Shown in pieces: positions 19,798 through 30,800 of a stretch of DNA of 64,000 nucleotides. The notes beneath the pieces were generated by a model. That model was not told the DNA's origin, did no database searches, and worked only from the letters and a program-made list of their open reading frames with translations. Position numbers and translations under genes: made by a program. How positions within the stretch are numbered: the stretch's first letter is position 1; each line of letters opens with the position of its first letter. This stretch comes from a virus (Duplodnaviria; Heunggongvirae; Uroviricota; Caudoviricetes), in the IMG/VR virus record IMGVR_UViG_3300042901_002340; one strand, given 5' to 3'.

Positions 19798-22700
19798 TTA
19801 CCCATCCTTTCTAAATGTTGCGTCCGGGTTATTATAAACAATAAATCCGGAAGAAAAAGGAATAGTTTCACTTCTTAATATAGCAGCCTGCTCTTCTGCA
19901 AGATCCTTAGATAATTTATCAACCTGATAATCTCTACCAGGAAATACCTCAGGCTCTCCATAATCAAAAGAGTTAACAAAATCCGGACGTCTATCGTCCG
20001 GATTTTTTTGTTTATGATTAATAACCTCAATGTATCCTGGATTGGTTCGTACGTACACGTTACCTGCCGCGTCTTCCACGCTATTGTAAATTGTATAGTT
20101 ACCAGGGGCTGTAAAAGTATAGATGAAATAAGGGGTGTCTTTTACGTTTAAGATCTCCTCCTCTGTTATGGAGTTACTAAGTATCCATTTATTATTTTTC
20201 TTACCATATATGTTTGAAGCGTAATTATTAAAAACAACCGTTGTCATAAGTGGTATCTGCATACCACTATCAGTCGAGTGAACATCACACCAAGTCCATG
20301 CACCAGATCCAGGTCTAGATATGATTTGTCCCATATTGATTCCAAGATCCGCTTTATATCTTTTAGATAATACACCAAATCCAGTACCATTTTCTATAAA
20401 TATATACGAATCCCCATCAGCATCGGTTGAAGGATTTGAATAATAACCTCCCATAAATAAGTTTCCGTCATCATCAGAAGTCATAGTAAAAGTATTTATT
20501 GATGCACTACCAAAATTAATTGTGGATAGAACCCTTCCACTAAGATCCGTTTTAGAAACATAATTAAATGGTGGATCTATAAAATTTCTGGAAGATTTCT
20601 TATAGCTTATATAATATTGATCAGATAAAGATAACTGAACATCGCTTAAAGATGTCGCGGAGGAAGAAAGATTAAATGATGATTCAAAATATGTTTTAGG
20701 AGTTCCCTGTTCAGTTAAACCAACAGTAAGAAAATAAGTTTTTAATGCCGAATCAGCAACAAAATTATTTCCGAAATAATTACCAGATTCACCAAAAGTA
20801 GTTGTTAAATAATACATCGATTGATTGTTCGTAGCTTTTGGGATGAATGAATTACCTGATTTTCCACTCAGATACCCGCCAGCTATACCAACGCCTCTAT
20901 TGTCAACTATAAGATAGAATTGTTCATATAAGCTCTCCGTAGTGGAAGGAAAGTATACCCCACCCATGGTAAATGTTCTATTTGAATTTCCTGTTATTAT
21001 AGTACTAGAATCATTATTCATAGATTTACAGCTACCTATATTTTTAATAGATTGTGTGGATGAACCAATCTGTGAAGTTGTTGAATTAATAGTAGCCATA
21101 AGCGAAAGATCATCCGAGGATAACCTAACATAAGAAAGTACGGAGTCACTACTCCATGTTTGTGATATCGGATATGTAGTACCTAATATTACATCGGATG
21201 TATAATAGCCGTCATTTGTTCTATTCCATAAATTTTTTAATGTGGAAACATCGGCAGTTTTTATAACTGATCTATTTGAAGAAAGGTTAACCGCTGATTT
21301 AACAGTTAAATCTATCGAATATTTGGTAACATCAAGTTTTGTTTCCTTTATATCCCCTCTTGTGGACATATATTTTGCAGGAAAATGTCTAAAACCAAGA
21401 CCTCTATAAGATTTTCTAACATCACTAATATAATCAGATCCGTTCCCTCCAAGACCACTAAATGATGTTACACTACCCAAATCTCTTCCTATTTTAGCAA
21501 CAAATGGACTATTACATAATATTCTATTTGTATTCCAGTATTGGGTTCTGGAATTAATTCCCCTAATCCCAGGGAAAACCCCAATTTTAGTCTCATTGAA
21601 TGTAAAATTACCGGTCTCTCCATCATCCAATGGGAATGGACCAGTAGTTCCAGTTGCATATTCTACAAAAAATTTAAGGCCCGATAGATTGCTTAAATTC
21701 TCTATATCTGTTATTATATAAGACGTATTAAAAGAACCGCCTGTTATATCTATAACATTCCCAGTAACAATCGACTGAAGAGTTGAAGTTTGATCTCCGT
21801 TAATATCACCATAATTAAAAACAAAATATTCAGCATTCTCCAATAAGGAATTAGATCCAAAATCAGCATAAAAACCAGGATCAGTTGGCGGCGAAGATAA
21901 CATATATTCCCACGCACCTGTTCCTATAGTGTTATTAGCAGAGACCCATGGAAATTCAGATAAGTTCTCATTGTAATAATTAACATTGGTTAATCCAGCA
22001 GGAGCTCCTGTCGGACCTCCTCTTAATGCATTCTCACTTTCAAGGGAGTCCCAAATATATGGTCCATCCTCGATATATCTAGAAAAGTAACCAGACACTG
22101 CAACAAAATTATCGTCCTCCGAAGGAGCAATATCCTGAACATATGTTCTATATCCTCTAAAAGGTATTATAGCTTCAACCGAGCCATATTCACTATAACT
22201 AACAACAAATCCCATGGTATTACCATCACGAGAATTTGAAGGGTAATTGGAGTAATTTATAGATCCACCAAAAGTGGGATTTAGATTCCTTATACTTGCA
22301 ACATTGCCCACACTATCATAACCAAAATTAGCCTCAACATTACCGGTTAGAAATCCACCAAGATAGTATTTTATACCATTCCTAGTTTTTATTGAAGTTG
22401 AACATGTTACATTAATACTACCTGAAGTGTTAAGTGGAGATAATTGTGTTAGAGTTATTATATCTCTGAAATATGTTGACTGTATCAAATTTGACTCCTG
22501 CTTATCATCAAAAGTTTCAATTGGCCAATTGTTCCAATATTCTTGCTTTCCAGCTCTTCCATCAGCAATATCACTTAGCTTAGTTGTAAGAAAAAGATTT
22601 CTTTCATCCAATCCAGGAAATCTACTAGCCAAATAATCATCCTGATATACTCTCCATTCTGGATAAGACCATGTGTATTTATTAACCTTTGGTAAGGGAA

Positions 22701-23907
22701 TATTATTTAATCCTGCGGTCTCATTAAAATATGTAAAATTCCATCCGGTCGCACCAGCATGTTTAGAAGATGCGTATATATGAGGTTGATCATAATTAAA
22801 GGAGGATAGAGCATTATAACATAGTACCCATAACGAATTCTCATATAGAGTTAAGCTACCCTGCTTTACATTATTTTTTATTAATTTAATATCGAGAACA
22901 TCATTATTCTCTATATAGGTTTGGCTCGAGCTCGGAAGTCCTGTTCCATCTGTAAATCGATCAAGGGTGGTACCATTAAAATGCCAAAATCCACTACCCT
23001 GACGTAATTCTCCATCACCAAAAGTTAAAAAAACGTGACCATTAGGTCTAGACACAACCTTAGTTACAGGCCCAGCAAAACTCTCAGTACCATCAGGAAA
23101 AAAGAAAGAATTTGGGAAATTCCAGAATTTTTTACCATTGAAAAAAGATAGACCCTGATCCGTACCTATCCACAGGTTACCGTCCTCATCAAGATCTATG
23201 GAATATATGTTATCAGATAGTATTTCTGATGTTTTTGTATTATAAACCTCAACCTGCTCTATAATTTCTCCCACACCTCTAAGATACTGAACCTCTTGAG
23301 TTCCCTGTGGCATAATAAATAGTCCTTCAGATGTTGCAACATAGTAAAAGTAATCCTTTCCCTCATATCCTTTAGCCTTTATGTCATAAATATGTGGCCA
23401 AGTATAACCAGGAACAGTTTCTTGCCATTTGTCAATTTCTTTAAGATAATAGAAAAGCCTACCACCAGTAACACCGTTAATTTCGGTGTACCCTGTAGTT
23501 CCTGTTCCACCTATACCATTAAGAGGTGTTGAAAATGCAAGTATATCGTCACCGAAAGGGCACGCATACACTAGCGATATTTCTTGAGGTTCATTGAAAA
23601 CCCCAAGATCGGAGAATTTCCAATTTTTACCTATTGATACATCGTTTGTATCCATCGAAAAAACAGCAAACTCGTTCAAACCTGCAACTGGACCTTGAGC
23701 AACACCGCACCATAAGAAATCATCCTTATCAATATCTATACTTCTGGTATCTAAAAAATATGGAAATCCACTAGGCACTGCGGAATTAGTATAATCATAA
23801 TATTCCCACGCTTCACCATTAAATCTTCTAATGTCCTGACCACAGCCCCAAACATAAGATTCCCTATCCAGAGCTATTTGATTCATTATTAAACCGTAAC
23901 TTGCCAT
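19798..23907 (-). CDS. Large putative virion protein with Reg_prop-like beta-propeller repeats and a C-terminal PKD-like domain
   Basis: 1369 aa. LSDNIYSIDLDEDGNLWIGTDQGLSFFNG is a two-component-regulator propeller-type repeat. C-terminal YTFTAPGNYTIYNSVED is PKD-like. Confidence 0.6.
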   Translation of the reverse strand: MASYGLIMNQIALDRESYVWGCGQDIRRFNGEAWEYYDYTNSAVPSGFPYFLDTRSIDIDKDDFLWCGVAQGPVAGLNEFAVFSMDTNDVSIGKNWKFSDLGVFNEPQEISLVYACPFGDDILAFSTPLNGIGGTGTTGYTEINGVTGGRLFYYLKEIDKWQETVPGYTWPHIYDIKAKGYEGKDYFYYVATSEGLFIMPQGTQEVQYLRGVGEIIEQVEVYNTKTSEILSDNIYSIDLDEDGNLWIGTDQGLSFFNGKKFWNFPNSFFFPDGTESFAGPVTKVVSRPNGHVFLTFGDGELRQGSGFWHFNGTTLDRFTDGTGLPSSSQTYIENNDVLDIKLIKNNVKQGSLTLYENSLWVLCYNALSSFNYDQPHIYASSKHAGATGWNFTYFNETAGLNNIPLPKVNKYTWSYPEWRVYQDDYLASRFPGLDERNLFLTTKLSDIADGRAGKQEYWNNWPIETFDDKQESNLIQSTYFRDIITLTQLSPLNTSGSINVTCSTSIKTRNGIKYYLGGFLTGNVEANFGYDSVGNVASIRNLNPTFGGSINYSNYPSNSRDGNTMGFVVSYSEYGSVEAIIPFRGYRTYVQDIAPSEDDNFVAVSGYFSRYIEDGPYIWDSLESENALRGGPTGAPAGLTNVNYYNENLSEFPWVSANNTIGTGAWEYMLSSPPTDPGFYADFGSNSLLENAEYFVFNYGDINGDQTSTLQSIVTGNVIDITGGSFNTSYIITDIENLSNLSGLKFFVEYATGTTGPFPLDDGETGNFTFNETKIGVFPGIRGINSRTQYWNTNRILCNSPFVAKIGRDLGSVTSFSGLGGNGSDYISDVRKSYRGLGFRHFPAKYMSTRGDIKETKLDVTKYSIDLTVKSAVNLSSNRSVIKTADVSTLKNLWNRTNDGYYTSDVILGTTYPISQTWSSDSVLSYVRLSSDDLSLMATINSTTSQIGSSTQSIKNIGSCKSMNNDSSTIITGNSNRTFTMGGVYFPSTTESLYEQFYLIVDNRGVGIAGGYLSGKSGNSFIPKATNNQSMYYLTTTFGESGNYFGNNFVADSALKTYFLTVGLTEQGTPKTYFESSFNLSSSATSLSDVQLSLSDQYYISYKKSSRNFIDPPFNYVSKTDLSGRVLSTINFGSASINTFTMTSDDDGNLFMGGYYSNPSTDADGDSYIFIENGTGFGVLSKRYKADLGINMGQIISRPGSGAWTWCDVHSTDSGMQIPLMTTVVFNNYASNIYGKKNNKWILSNSITEEEILNVKDTPYFIYTFTAPGNYTIYNSVEDAAGNVYVRTNPGYIEVINHKQKNPDDRRPDFVNSFDYGEPEVFPGRDYQVDKLSKDLAEEQAAILRSETIPFSSGFIVYNNPDATFRKDG

Positions 23908-23927
23908 TTATCTATTTTTATTAATTT

Positions 23928-25850
23928 TTATAATGATCCGCCAATTTTCCAACCTCTAAAATAATTGTTATGAGAAGAGGAAGGAACAGTTATTTTGGAA
24001 GGAAGTCCTGTCCAGGATGCCATACCTGAACCAGATGCATTTATATCAGAAGCAAATTTGGAAGTTGGAAATTGGCCAGAATCCCTTCTAACATCATTCA
24101 AAAAATCCTGCATTTGTGAACCCCACATTATCTCCATGGAGTGTATATAACTATTAGAATATGTTGAACTAGTCAGTGGATCCTTTATCGACATCTTAAG
24201 TCCTCCAAAAAATTGATTATACACATAAATACCCTCAGCCCCACCATTGTAATAGGGAGAAAGATTAAAATCAACTTCAAATATTATGTTATCTGAGAGA
24301 CCACCAGGTCTTGCTGCTATACCTGCATTAATCAAAGTAGCTATTCCTGAAAAATTTCCGAATTCAGTGTCACATGCACTTATCATATATAAATCGGGAG
24401 TATTTCCAGTATTACCAGAAGAGGAAACGACAGATTCAAATTCAGTTATTGTGGATCCATCTGAATCACTTAGTATTATTCTTACATCTACATTTACCCC
24501 TCCCTGTCCATACGCCTCCTCGATGAAAGCGCTTGTTGGTATACAAATTCCATGATAGAAATCAAGAGAATCAGCATATCCATCTTCCTCTGCCCATCCG
24601 CCGTCCCATAGGTACCCGAGATATTCGTTCTTATAACCTATACCTGAAGCAAGATCAGCAAATGGGGGTCTTCCACCTCCACTAAAGGTCTTATAATATC
24701 CACCAAGTTCTATAAATTTGCTTGATCCAGAAAGATAGTATTTATTTTCTATAAAATCATTAACAGCAAGTGTATTCCATTCTCTTAGACCGTCGACTAA
24801 TCCAGTAAATGTATTACTAGCTAGATTATCACTCATATAGAATCTATTGTTAAATTGGGAAGAAACGTCACTAGGTGCTATATAATTACCCGTCATAATT
24901 CTAGGAGATGCAGTGTATCCCCCAGTCATGCCAGCGGAGGATAAAGCGGAACCGCTGAGTATAATATTTGTCTTTATTGGTGAATACGTTTTAGATATAT
25001 CTGGACTATTTGGCCAAATATAAACAGCCTCTTGGGTCGAATGAAAACTTGTATTATTCCATCTTGGTGAATATGGACCAAAATCAATTTTAAATACTAA
25101 AGAATTCCCACCCAAACCTAATACTGATGTTCTCTGTGATAACGTCGAAACATTGTAGTATTTACCAGAAGTTGCATATGTCCCAGATGACCTATAATTT
25201 ACTGACTCCTCCACACCAATCTTTCTAAAATTAACATTACGTCCTAATGATACCGCGTTACCCACCGTTGATGAAATTTTAAGTCCAACGGCTACGACAT
25301 AGGAAGAATTCGGAGCTCCCAAATAAGTTCCAGTCAATGTATACCAATCCGTACATGCATAACTTACTGAGGATAAAGTTGTTCCTGAGGTTAGACCAAG
25401 CTGAGGTATCCTCCAATTGTATGATGCATATCCACTACTTGCCGATCCACCAGCAGCGTACGTCAGGGTTCTTCCCATTGGGCTATCTGGCGTACTAGTG
25501 GAACCAGGGGAACCTATGGCACCATAACCACTTCCTGACCCGCCAGTTATTACTATGGCAGGATTAAATATTTCGGGATAAACGACAATTATATTTGGTT
25601 TGTATGCAGCAGCAGTTATACCGCCAGGTCCTGTTATAACAAGTCCAGTGCTATAGCCGGTATAATTAACACCATAGTATCTTATTTCTGGTCCATATAC
25701 GGTACTGGTATTAGGTGTTCCACCTTGGAAGTTCCAAGTTCTGCTAACCCCACCCGTGCTAAGATCATAATAATAAACACGGTCACCCTGATTTATACCT
25801 ATTTTCTCATAATAAATAATATCCACCTGATCTATACCTATTCGCGCCAT
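23928..25850 (-). CDS. Putative virion protein with N-terminal PKD-like domain
   Basis: 640 aa. DLSTGGVSRTWNFQGGTPNTST..GP.I.Y PKD signature. GATATATA motif about 20 nt upstream. Confidence 0.6.
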   Translation of the reverse strand: MARIGIDQVDIIYYEKIGINQGDRVYYYDLSTGGVSRTWNFQGGTPNTSTVYGPEIRYYGVNYTGYSTGLVITGPGGITAAAYKPNIIVVYPEIFNPAIVITGGSGSGYGAIGSPGSTSTPDSPMGRTLTYAAGGSASSGYASYNWRIPQLGLTSGTTLSSVSYACTDWYTLTGTYLGAPNSSYVVAVGLKISSTVGNAVSLGRNVNFRKIGVEESVNYRSSGTYATSGKYYNVSTLSQRTSVLGLGGNSLVFKIDFGPYSPRWNNTSFHSTQEAVYIWPNSPDISKTYSPIKTNIILSGSALSSAGMTGGYTASPRIMTGNYIAPSDVSSQFNNRFYMSDNLASNTFTGLVDGLREWNTLAVNDFIENKYYLSGSSKFIELGGYYKTFSGGGRPPFADLASGIGYKNEYLGYLWDGGWAEEDGYADSLDFYHGICIPTSAFIEEAYGQGGVNVDVRIILSDSDGSTITEFESVVSSSGNTGNTPDLYMISACDTEFGNFSGIATLINAGIAARPGGLSDNIIFEVDFNLSPYYNGGAEGIYVYNQFFGGLKMSIKDPLTSSTYSNSYIHSMEIMWGSQMQDFLNDVRRDSGQFPTSKFASDINASGSGMASWTGLPSKITVPSSSHNNYFRGWKIGGSL

Positions 25851-25870
25851 CTATTAATTTTTATTCAGAT

Positions 25871-25878
25871 TATATATC
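25871..25878 (-). promoter_or_regulatory. GATATATA putative late promoter
   Basis: About 20 nt upstream of ATG 25850. Confidence 0.65.
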
Positions 25879-25899
25879 TAAATAAAATAGGTACAAAAA

Positions 25900-26862
25900 C
25901 TATTGAGAATTTCTTTTTTCTCTTGCGTATAATATTGCCTGGACGTAGTTATATGAATTGTGATTTTTGTCAATCCCACTAAAATCATGGTCCCATGGTG
26001 CAGTGTTTATAAAATCTCCCTTATAAAAAACTTTTCCGTCCATATTATTAGTAATACCTGCATTATGCATGATTTTATATTTATACCATTCTGTTGTTCC
26101 ATATGAGCTACCCCAACTAAAGCCAAGTTCATCAGATATTCTAACATCATTACCCCTTTTAATCCCACACCATAAAACAGCCCACATATCAGCACACCAT
26201 TTTTGTATTGGATTATAATCTTTAAGATCCGAATCATCCAATGTACTTCTTTCAATTTGTTCCCGATCACTCATATACTTATAGAGATCGAGAGAAAGAA
26301 ATTCAACCTCCTTCCAAAAATCGCCATCTATCCCCTTCATAAGATATTGAGCACCTCCAGAGTTTTTATTATTTTCGGAGATGATATCCGGATCAACCCC
26401 GGCGATTTCACACATTTCATTAAAGAGATCAACGGATTTACTTTTTATATAATCTGAACCTATATAGGAAACAGTATCACTAAGATACCAAGTTTTATCT
26501 CCGGTTAATATATCAAAGTTTGGTAGCTCCCTGAATATTATATCTGAATCATGGTAGAATATATTTTCATCAGATAGCTCCGGATATCTAGTAAAATGTT
26601 TATAAAGTATATTTGGTCTTACTATCGGGATGTATCCGTAATTTTCGATTGCATCCTTTTTATAAAAGAAAACCCTGACATACGGGTATTTTTTAGCCAA
26701 GTTCATTCCCTCGCGAGATGGAGAATTATCATATCCAAATATTATTTCTATCCAGTTTGGATTTATCCCACTTTTCATTGCATTATGTATGAAAACCTCC
26801 ACTTGCCAATGAAAATATGGCACGTCAGGCTGTGCGCAAATGAAAACAATCTTATTCTGCAT
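25900..26862 (-). CDS. GT-A fold glycosyltransferase resembling plant peptidyl O-glycosyltransferases (HPAT/GT95, SERGT1/GT96)
   Basis: Motifs YFHWQ, Y.P..RP, YHDSDIIF (DxD), GGAQY, WCADMWA and HNAG occur in the order of the HPAT/SERGT motifs as recalled. The ATG at 26862 is preferred over the TTG at 26865. Confidence 0.75.
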   Translation of the reverse strand: MQNKIVFICAQPDVPYFHWQVEVFIHNAMKSGINPNWIEIIFGYDNSPSREGMNLAKKYPYVRVFFYKKDAIENYGYIPIVRPNILYKHFTRYPELSDENIFYHDSDIIFRELPNFDILTGDKTWYLSDTVSYIGSDYIKSKSVDLFNEMCEIAGVDPDIISENNKNSGGAQYLMKGIDGDFWKEVEFLSLDLYKYMSDREQIERSTLDDSDLKDYNPIQKWCADMWAVLWCGIKRGNDVRISDELGFSWGSSYGTTEWYKYKIMHNAGITNNMDGKVFYKGDFINTAPWDHDFSGIDKNHNSYNYVQAILYAREKRNSQ

Positions 26863-26878
26863 CAATCAAATTTTAATC

Positions 26879-26907
26879 ATTATAGAATAATAAATTTAAT
26901 TTGTTTC
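26879..26907 (-). promoter_or_regulatory. GAAA-N19-TATAAT putative early/middle promoter (glycosyltransferase)
   Basis: The - strand reads GAAACAAATTAAATTTATTATTCTATAAT, a near copy of the site at 56488-56516. Confidence 0.45.
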
Positions 26908-27833
26908 TAAGAACATCCAATATATTGGTTACCCTCAGTTTTGAAATTTAGAAATATTGCACCATCACCATCAATTGCTCCTCTACTATATGAAAATGGA
27001 CCGACAAAAGCAGTACATGATGGGTAATTCACATTAGAGGTAATACTAGGATTACCACAATATGCCATAAGGTTTAAACAAGTTGTTTCTATTCCAGTTA
27101 GTGCTGCACCAAAACTAATTCCTTGAAGCGAACCAGTAAGATAAGCACCAATCCATAGGGTATTTCCATTTGGAACTGTAATATTATATTGGTTAGCCGA
27201 ACTAAAGGAAGTTCCCAAAATAGCACCATTGACAACCACTTGCCAGGTTGCTCCAAAATCCTCACTTTTTACAATAGTAACATTGGAATCACCAGGTGAG
27301 GAAGAAATAGATCCTGATCTCTTAGCGTATATGGTTACATTCCTAAGATTGTCACATGGACTATCGTAAGCGAAATCCCCAGCACCGTCCCAGAACCAAA
27401 TACTTGTTCCGTCGGAATAATAACCAGGCTCAGCAAAATAACCAATCCCACCACAAGGATCAGTAGGTTCATAAATATAGAGGTTTGTACCACCAAAATA
27501 ATAATCGGTAGGTGCAAAGAAATAATTATCACATGCAAGCTGAGGTTCAGATGGATCATATCCATAAATTACTCCTGAACACCCTAGGGTTGTTGTTGTT
27601 GTCGTCGTCGTAGTTATACCAGATATTGGTATTGTTATCTGATTTGTACAATTAGTGGTGTTTGATTTTACTACAAAACTAGTAGCTGCATCAGGAACAA
27701 CTATGGGATACCCACTTAGTAAGGAAGCTCTACTAACACCAGTTACAATGGGTGTAACCAAATCAAGATTTGTAAAAATCGAAAAACTACCTGTGTCTAT
27801 ACCAGCTGTTGTTAATTGTATTGTTACTGTCAT
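26907..27833 (-). CDS. Cys-containing putative virion decoration protein with a poly-Thr linker
   Basis: 308 aa. N-terminal beta domain, then a T9 run (27588-27614), then Cys/Gly/Tyr-rich domains. Confidence 0.6.
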   Translation of the reverse strand: MTVTIQLTTAGIDTGSFSIFTNLDLVTPIVTGVSRASLLSGYPIVVPDAATSFVVKSNTTNCTNQITIPISGITTTTTTTTTLGCSGVIYGYDPSEPQLACDNYFFAPTDYYFGGTNLYIYEPTDPCGGIGYFAEPGYYSDGTSIWFWDGAGDFAYDSPCDNLRNVTIYAKRSGSISSSPGDSNVTIVKSEDFGATWQVVVNGAILGTSFSSANQYNITVPNGNTLWIGAYLTGSLQGISFGAALTGIETTCLNLMAYCGNPSITSNVNYPSCTAFVGPFSYSRGAIDGDGAIFLNFKTEGNQYIGCS

Positions 27834-27846
27834 TTTTTATTACATT

Positions 27847-30800
27847 TTAAGTTGATACTGTTATTGCATATGAATACTGAATTTGTCCTGGTGCAGCATT
27901 AAGAGTTGCCACATATACTGGAGCTGCGTACGTAAAATTAACAGGACCAATAAGACTACCACCACCTAATGAGGCTTTACTAAATGTACCTATACCTGTA
28001 CCCTGAAACCTAATAACGAAATTACCACCGGTTGTTGGTAAAAAATTACTATTCATAGGAAGTTCAACAACCCCATTATTGGGTATTGTTGCAAACCCAG
28101 CTGATATATCGCTACGAGGAACGGATTCATAGAAAATCTGCCATGTTCCAGTCACAGTATTACCAGTCGTGTTATAAACAGTGAATGTTCCGAAAGGAGA
28201 TACAGTAGTGGTTGTTGTTGTTGATGTTGTTGTCGGATAATTAACAACAGCAGTACCTGATAGGATACAATCAAAAGGAGGAGCAGTCGTGGTGGTTGTT
28301 GTAGTAGGGGCCAACGTTGTCGTTGTTGTCGTACTAGTCGTTGTTGTCGTTGTTGTAGTACTAGTCGTTGTTGTCGTACTAGTCGTTGTTGTTGTTGTCG
28401 TAACAGGAGAACCACCAGTGTAACCAAAATCAGGAATTAATAACGCACTACCACCAATCAATGAAGGTGGCGCATAATATGGGCCATTGACTAGAATTGC
28501 ATTATTCACAGCAGTATTTATAGGACCCACAGTGGCTAATAAAGATCCAGCATCATTAGGTATTACCCTATAATGGAAATTTCCTATATTTTCGAGACCA
28601 GAGTTATTAAGTTGTGATGCTGCAGTAGCAAGTGTTAACACACGGAATTTACCAAGGCCAAAGAAAATAAGGGTTCCTGGGAATGGATAAGTTTCGTTAC
28701 CTGTTGATATTTTTAGAGTGTCAAGATTTCTCAGAGAGTGCAATTCATATCCACCCAACCAATCATTATTAAATTCATAATCGTACCAGGAATGTGCATA
28801 CCCATCATCCCATGTGCTTTCGTTGAATATCTGCCAGCATAATCTTTTTGTTCCCCAATATTTAAGATTAGGATTCGGATATTCCTCGATATTCTCATCC
28901 CAATAAACATAGAAATCCTCAGAATTAACTCCACCAGTAAGAGATGCTGAAACCGAAAGTATATTAATAGATCCGCTCTCCTCAACCCTTAGAGGAACAC
29001 CATTCTGATCAGCACCAAGTTCACTTGGTGCATATATTGTAATAGTAACAGGATCTTCCTGTGGGTTTTCACACGAAGCAAAGTAATCAGGATATGTTCT
29101 AAGAGAGTTTATTGCTGATGTTATTTCATTGGCACTGTTGTACAGACTATCGCCAGTCTCGCTATATCCTATAAGTCTATCACCTACATAAACTGATAAA
29201 TTTCCACCACCAAGGATCCTTTGTGATCCATAGATAGAGGTATCGACATAAAGCTTTTGCGGAGATATGGTTTGTAATAAAACACCACTCCATATGGATT
29301 CTAGAGTTATTGGTATATAAAATGTAAATTCATCAACGACCATTGCGTACCATCTCCCATTAATCTGTGGTATACTTCCAGTGATGGTTACTTCGTCACC
29401 ATCGGAAAGATCATGGAATATAGTTGTTGTAACGTTTGCATATCCATACTGACCTGTGGTAATCTCCAAAGATTCAATAGCGGATACTGTAAGTGTTTTC
29501 TGATTCAATGTTATGGTACCATACGCCCCGTTTGGTGGTTGTGTCGTTCTAACATAAACATCCTGTCCGTCGTCAGCCTTATTACCATACGTAGCAAAAT
29601 CAAGAATCTCGGATGGTATTGCCTTTTTAAGTTCATCCATCGTAGATCCCTCGGAAGGGTATTCCCATATTGAGTCATATTCTCTCCATTCCCTATCAAC
29701 ATTGTTCCAAAGATAATTTTCAACCTCTCTATATCTAGCCCAAGAATCAATATCAACCGTTTTTGGATCGACAAAAATTGAAGAGTTTTTAATAACACTA
29801 GTCTTTGCATTAAAAGCGTCATACGTGTTGCATATGACTTGATATTCTCCAGTGTAAGGTAAGAAGTGGGCTAGCTTATAATAATCAACTATGGATCCTC
29901 TAAATTCGAAATGATACGGTGTACCTGATTGGGTAGCAGATTTATTTACAATCCATTCAATTTCCATCATATTGGAGAAATCCACGTTCTTCCAATTTAA
30001 CATGGAATAATTCTGAACGTCCGAATATAATTCAGTATCACCAAAAATTCCAGTTGTTGAGTCATCGAGTGCTATCTCATAATCACCACTACTATAATAA
30101 ACAGCTGTAACTGTACCGAATATTCCGGTTGACTTAACTCTCACTCTGTCTCCTGGTCTATATGTGGGTATTAGTAGGGCATCCCAATCTATATTCAATT
30201 CATCCCATTCCCATCTATCTGGGGAAAGCTCCAGTATTACTGGCATTCCAACAGGGGTTTCGTACATTTCTCCAGTTACTGGATCCGTATATGCGGGAGG
30301 ATCTAGTTTTCCATCACCAAGCTCTATTATCTTGCCATTTTGCTTAAGATTGTAGAATTCAGCAATAGCAGATAGGAGAGATTCGTTTTGAACCGGTGTG
30401 TAATTTTGTTGAGAATCCAGGGGGTTTATAATATTACCGAGATCCGACAATGTTGCAGGAACTATTTGTATTAGACCCGACATCGATGTTGGATTTGTTT
30501 TGGAATAATATCGTATAGTACCAGATGCCTCAGGAGCTATGTACCACTGCATAGAATATCCACCAGTTGCTCCATTATTAACTATACCAGTAGGAACATT
30601 AAGAGGCCACTGTAGGGGTGAATTTGGATAACCGGAGAAAGATGTTATATTGAAACTAGCTCCAGTTGAATTGGGATCCTTAACATTGAAGGTGTAGGAT
30701 TTTCCAGCTTGCAATTTTAGAATTGGATTATCTCCAGTAACACCATATGGTATATACCCATTAAATCTTATAGCACTCCCAGTACCACCAGGGAAAGAAA

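Noticed and set aside
28152-28427. Gln/Arg-rich 91-aa ORF (RQQQQRLV repeats)
   Set aside because: It is an alternative-frame reading of the Thr microsatellite, with no evidence of a programmed frameshift.
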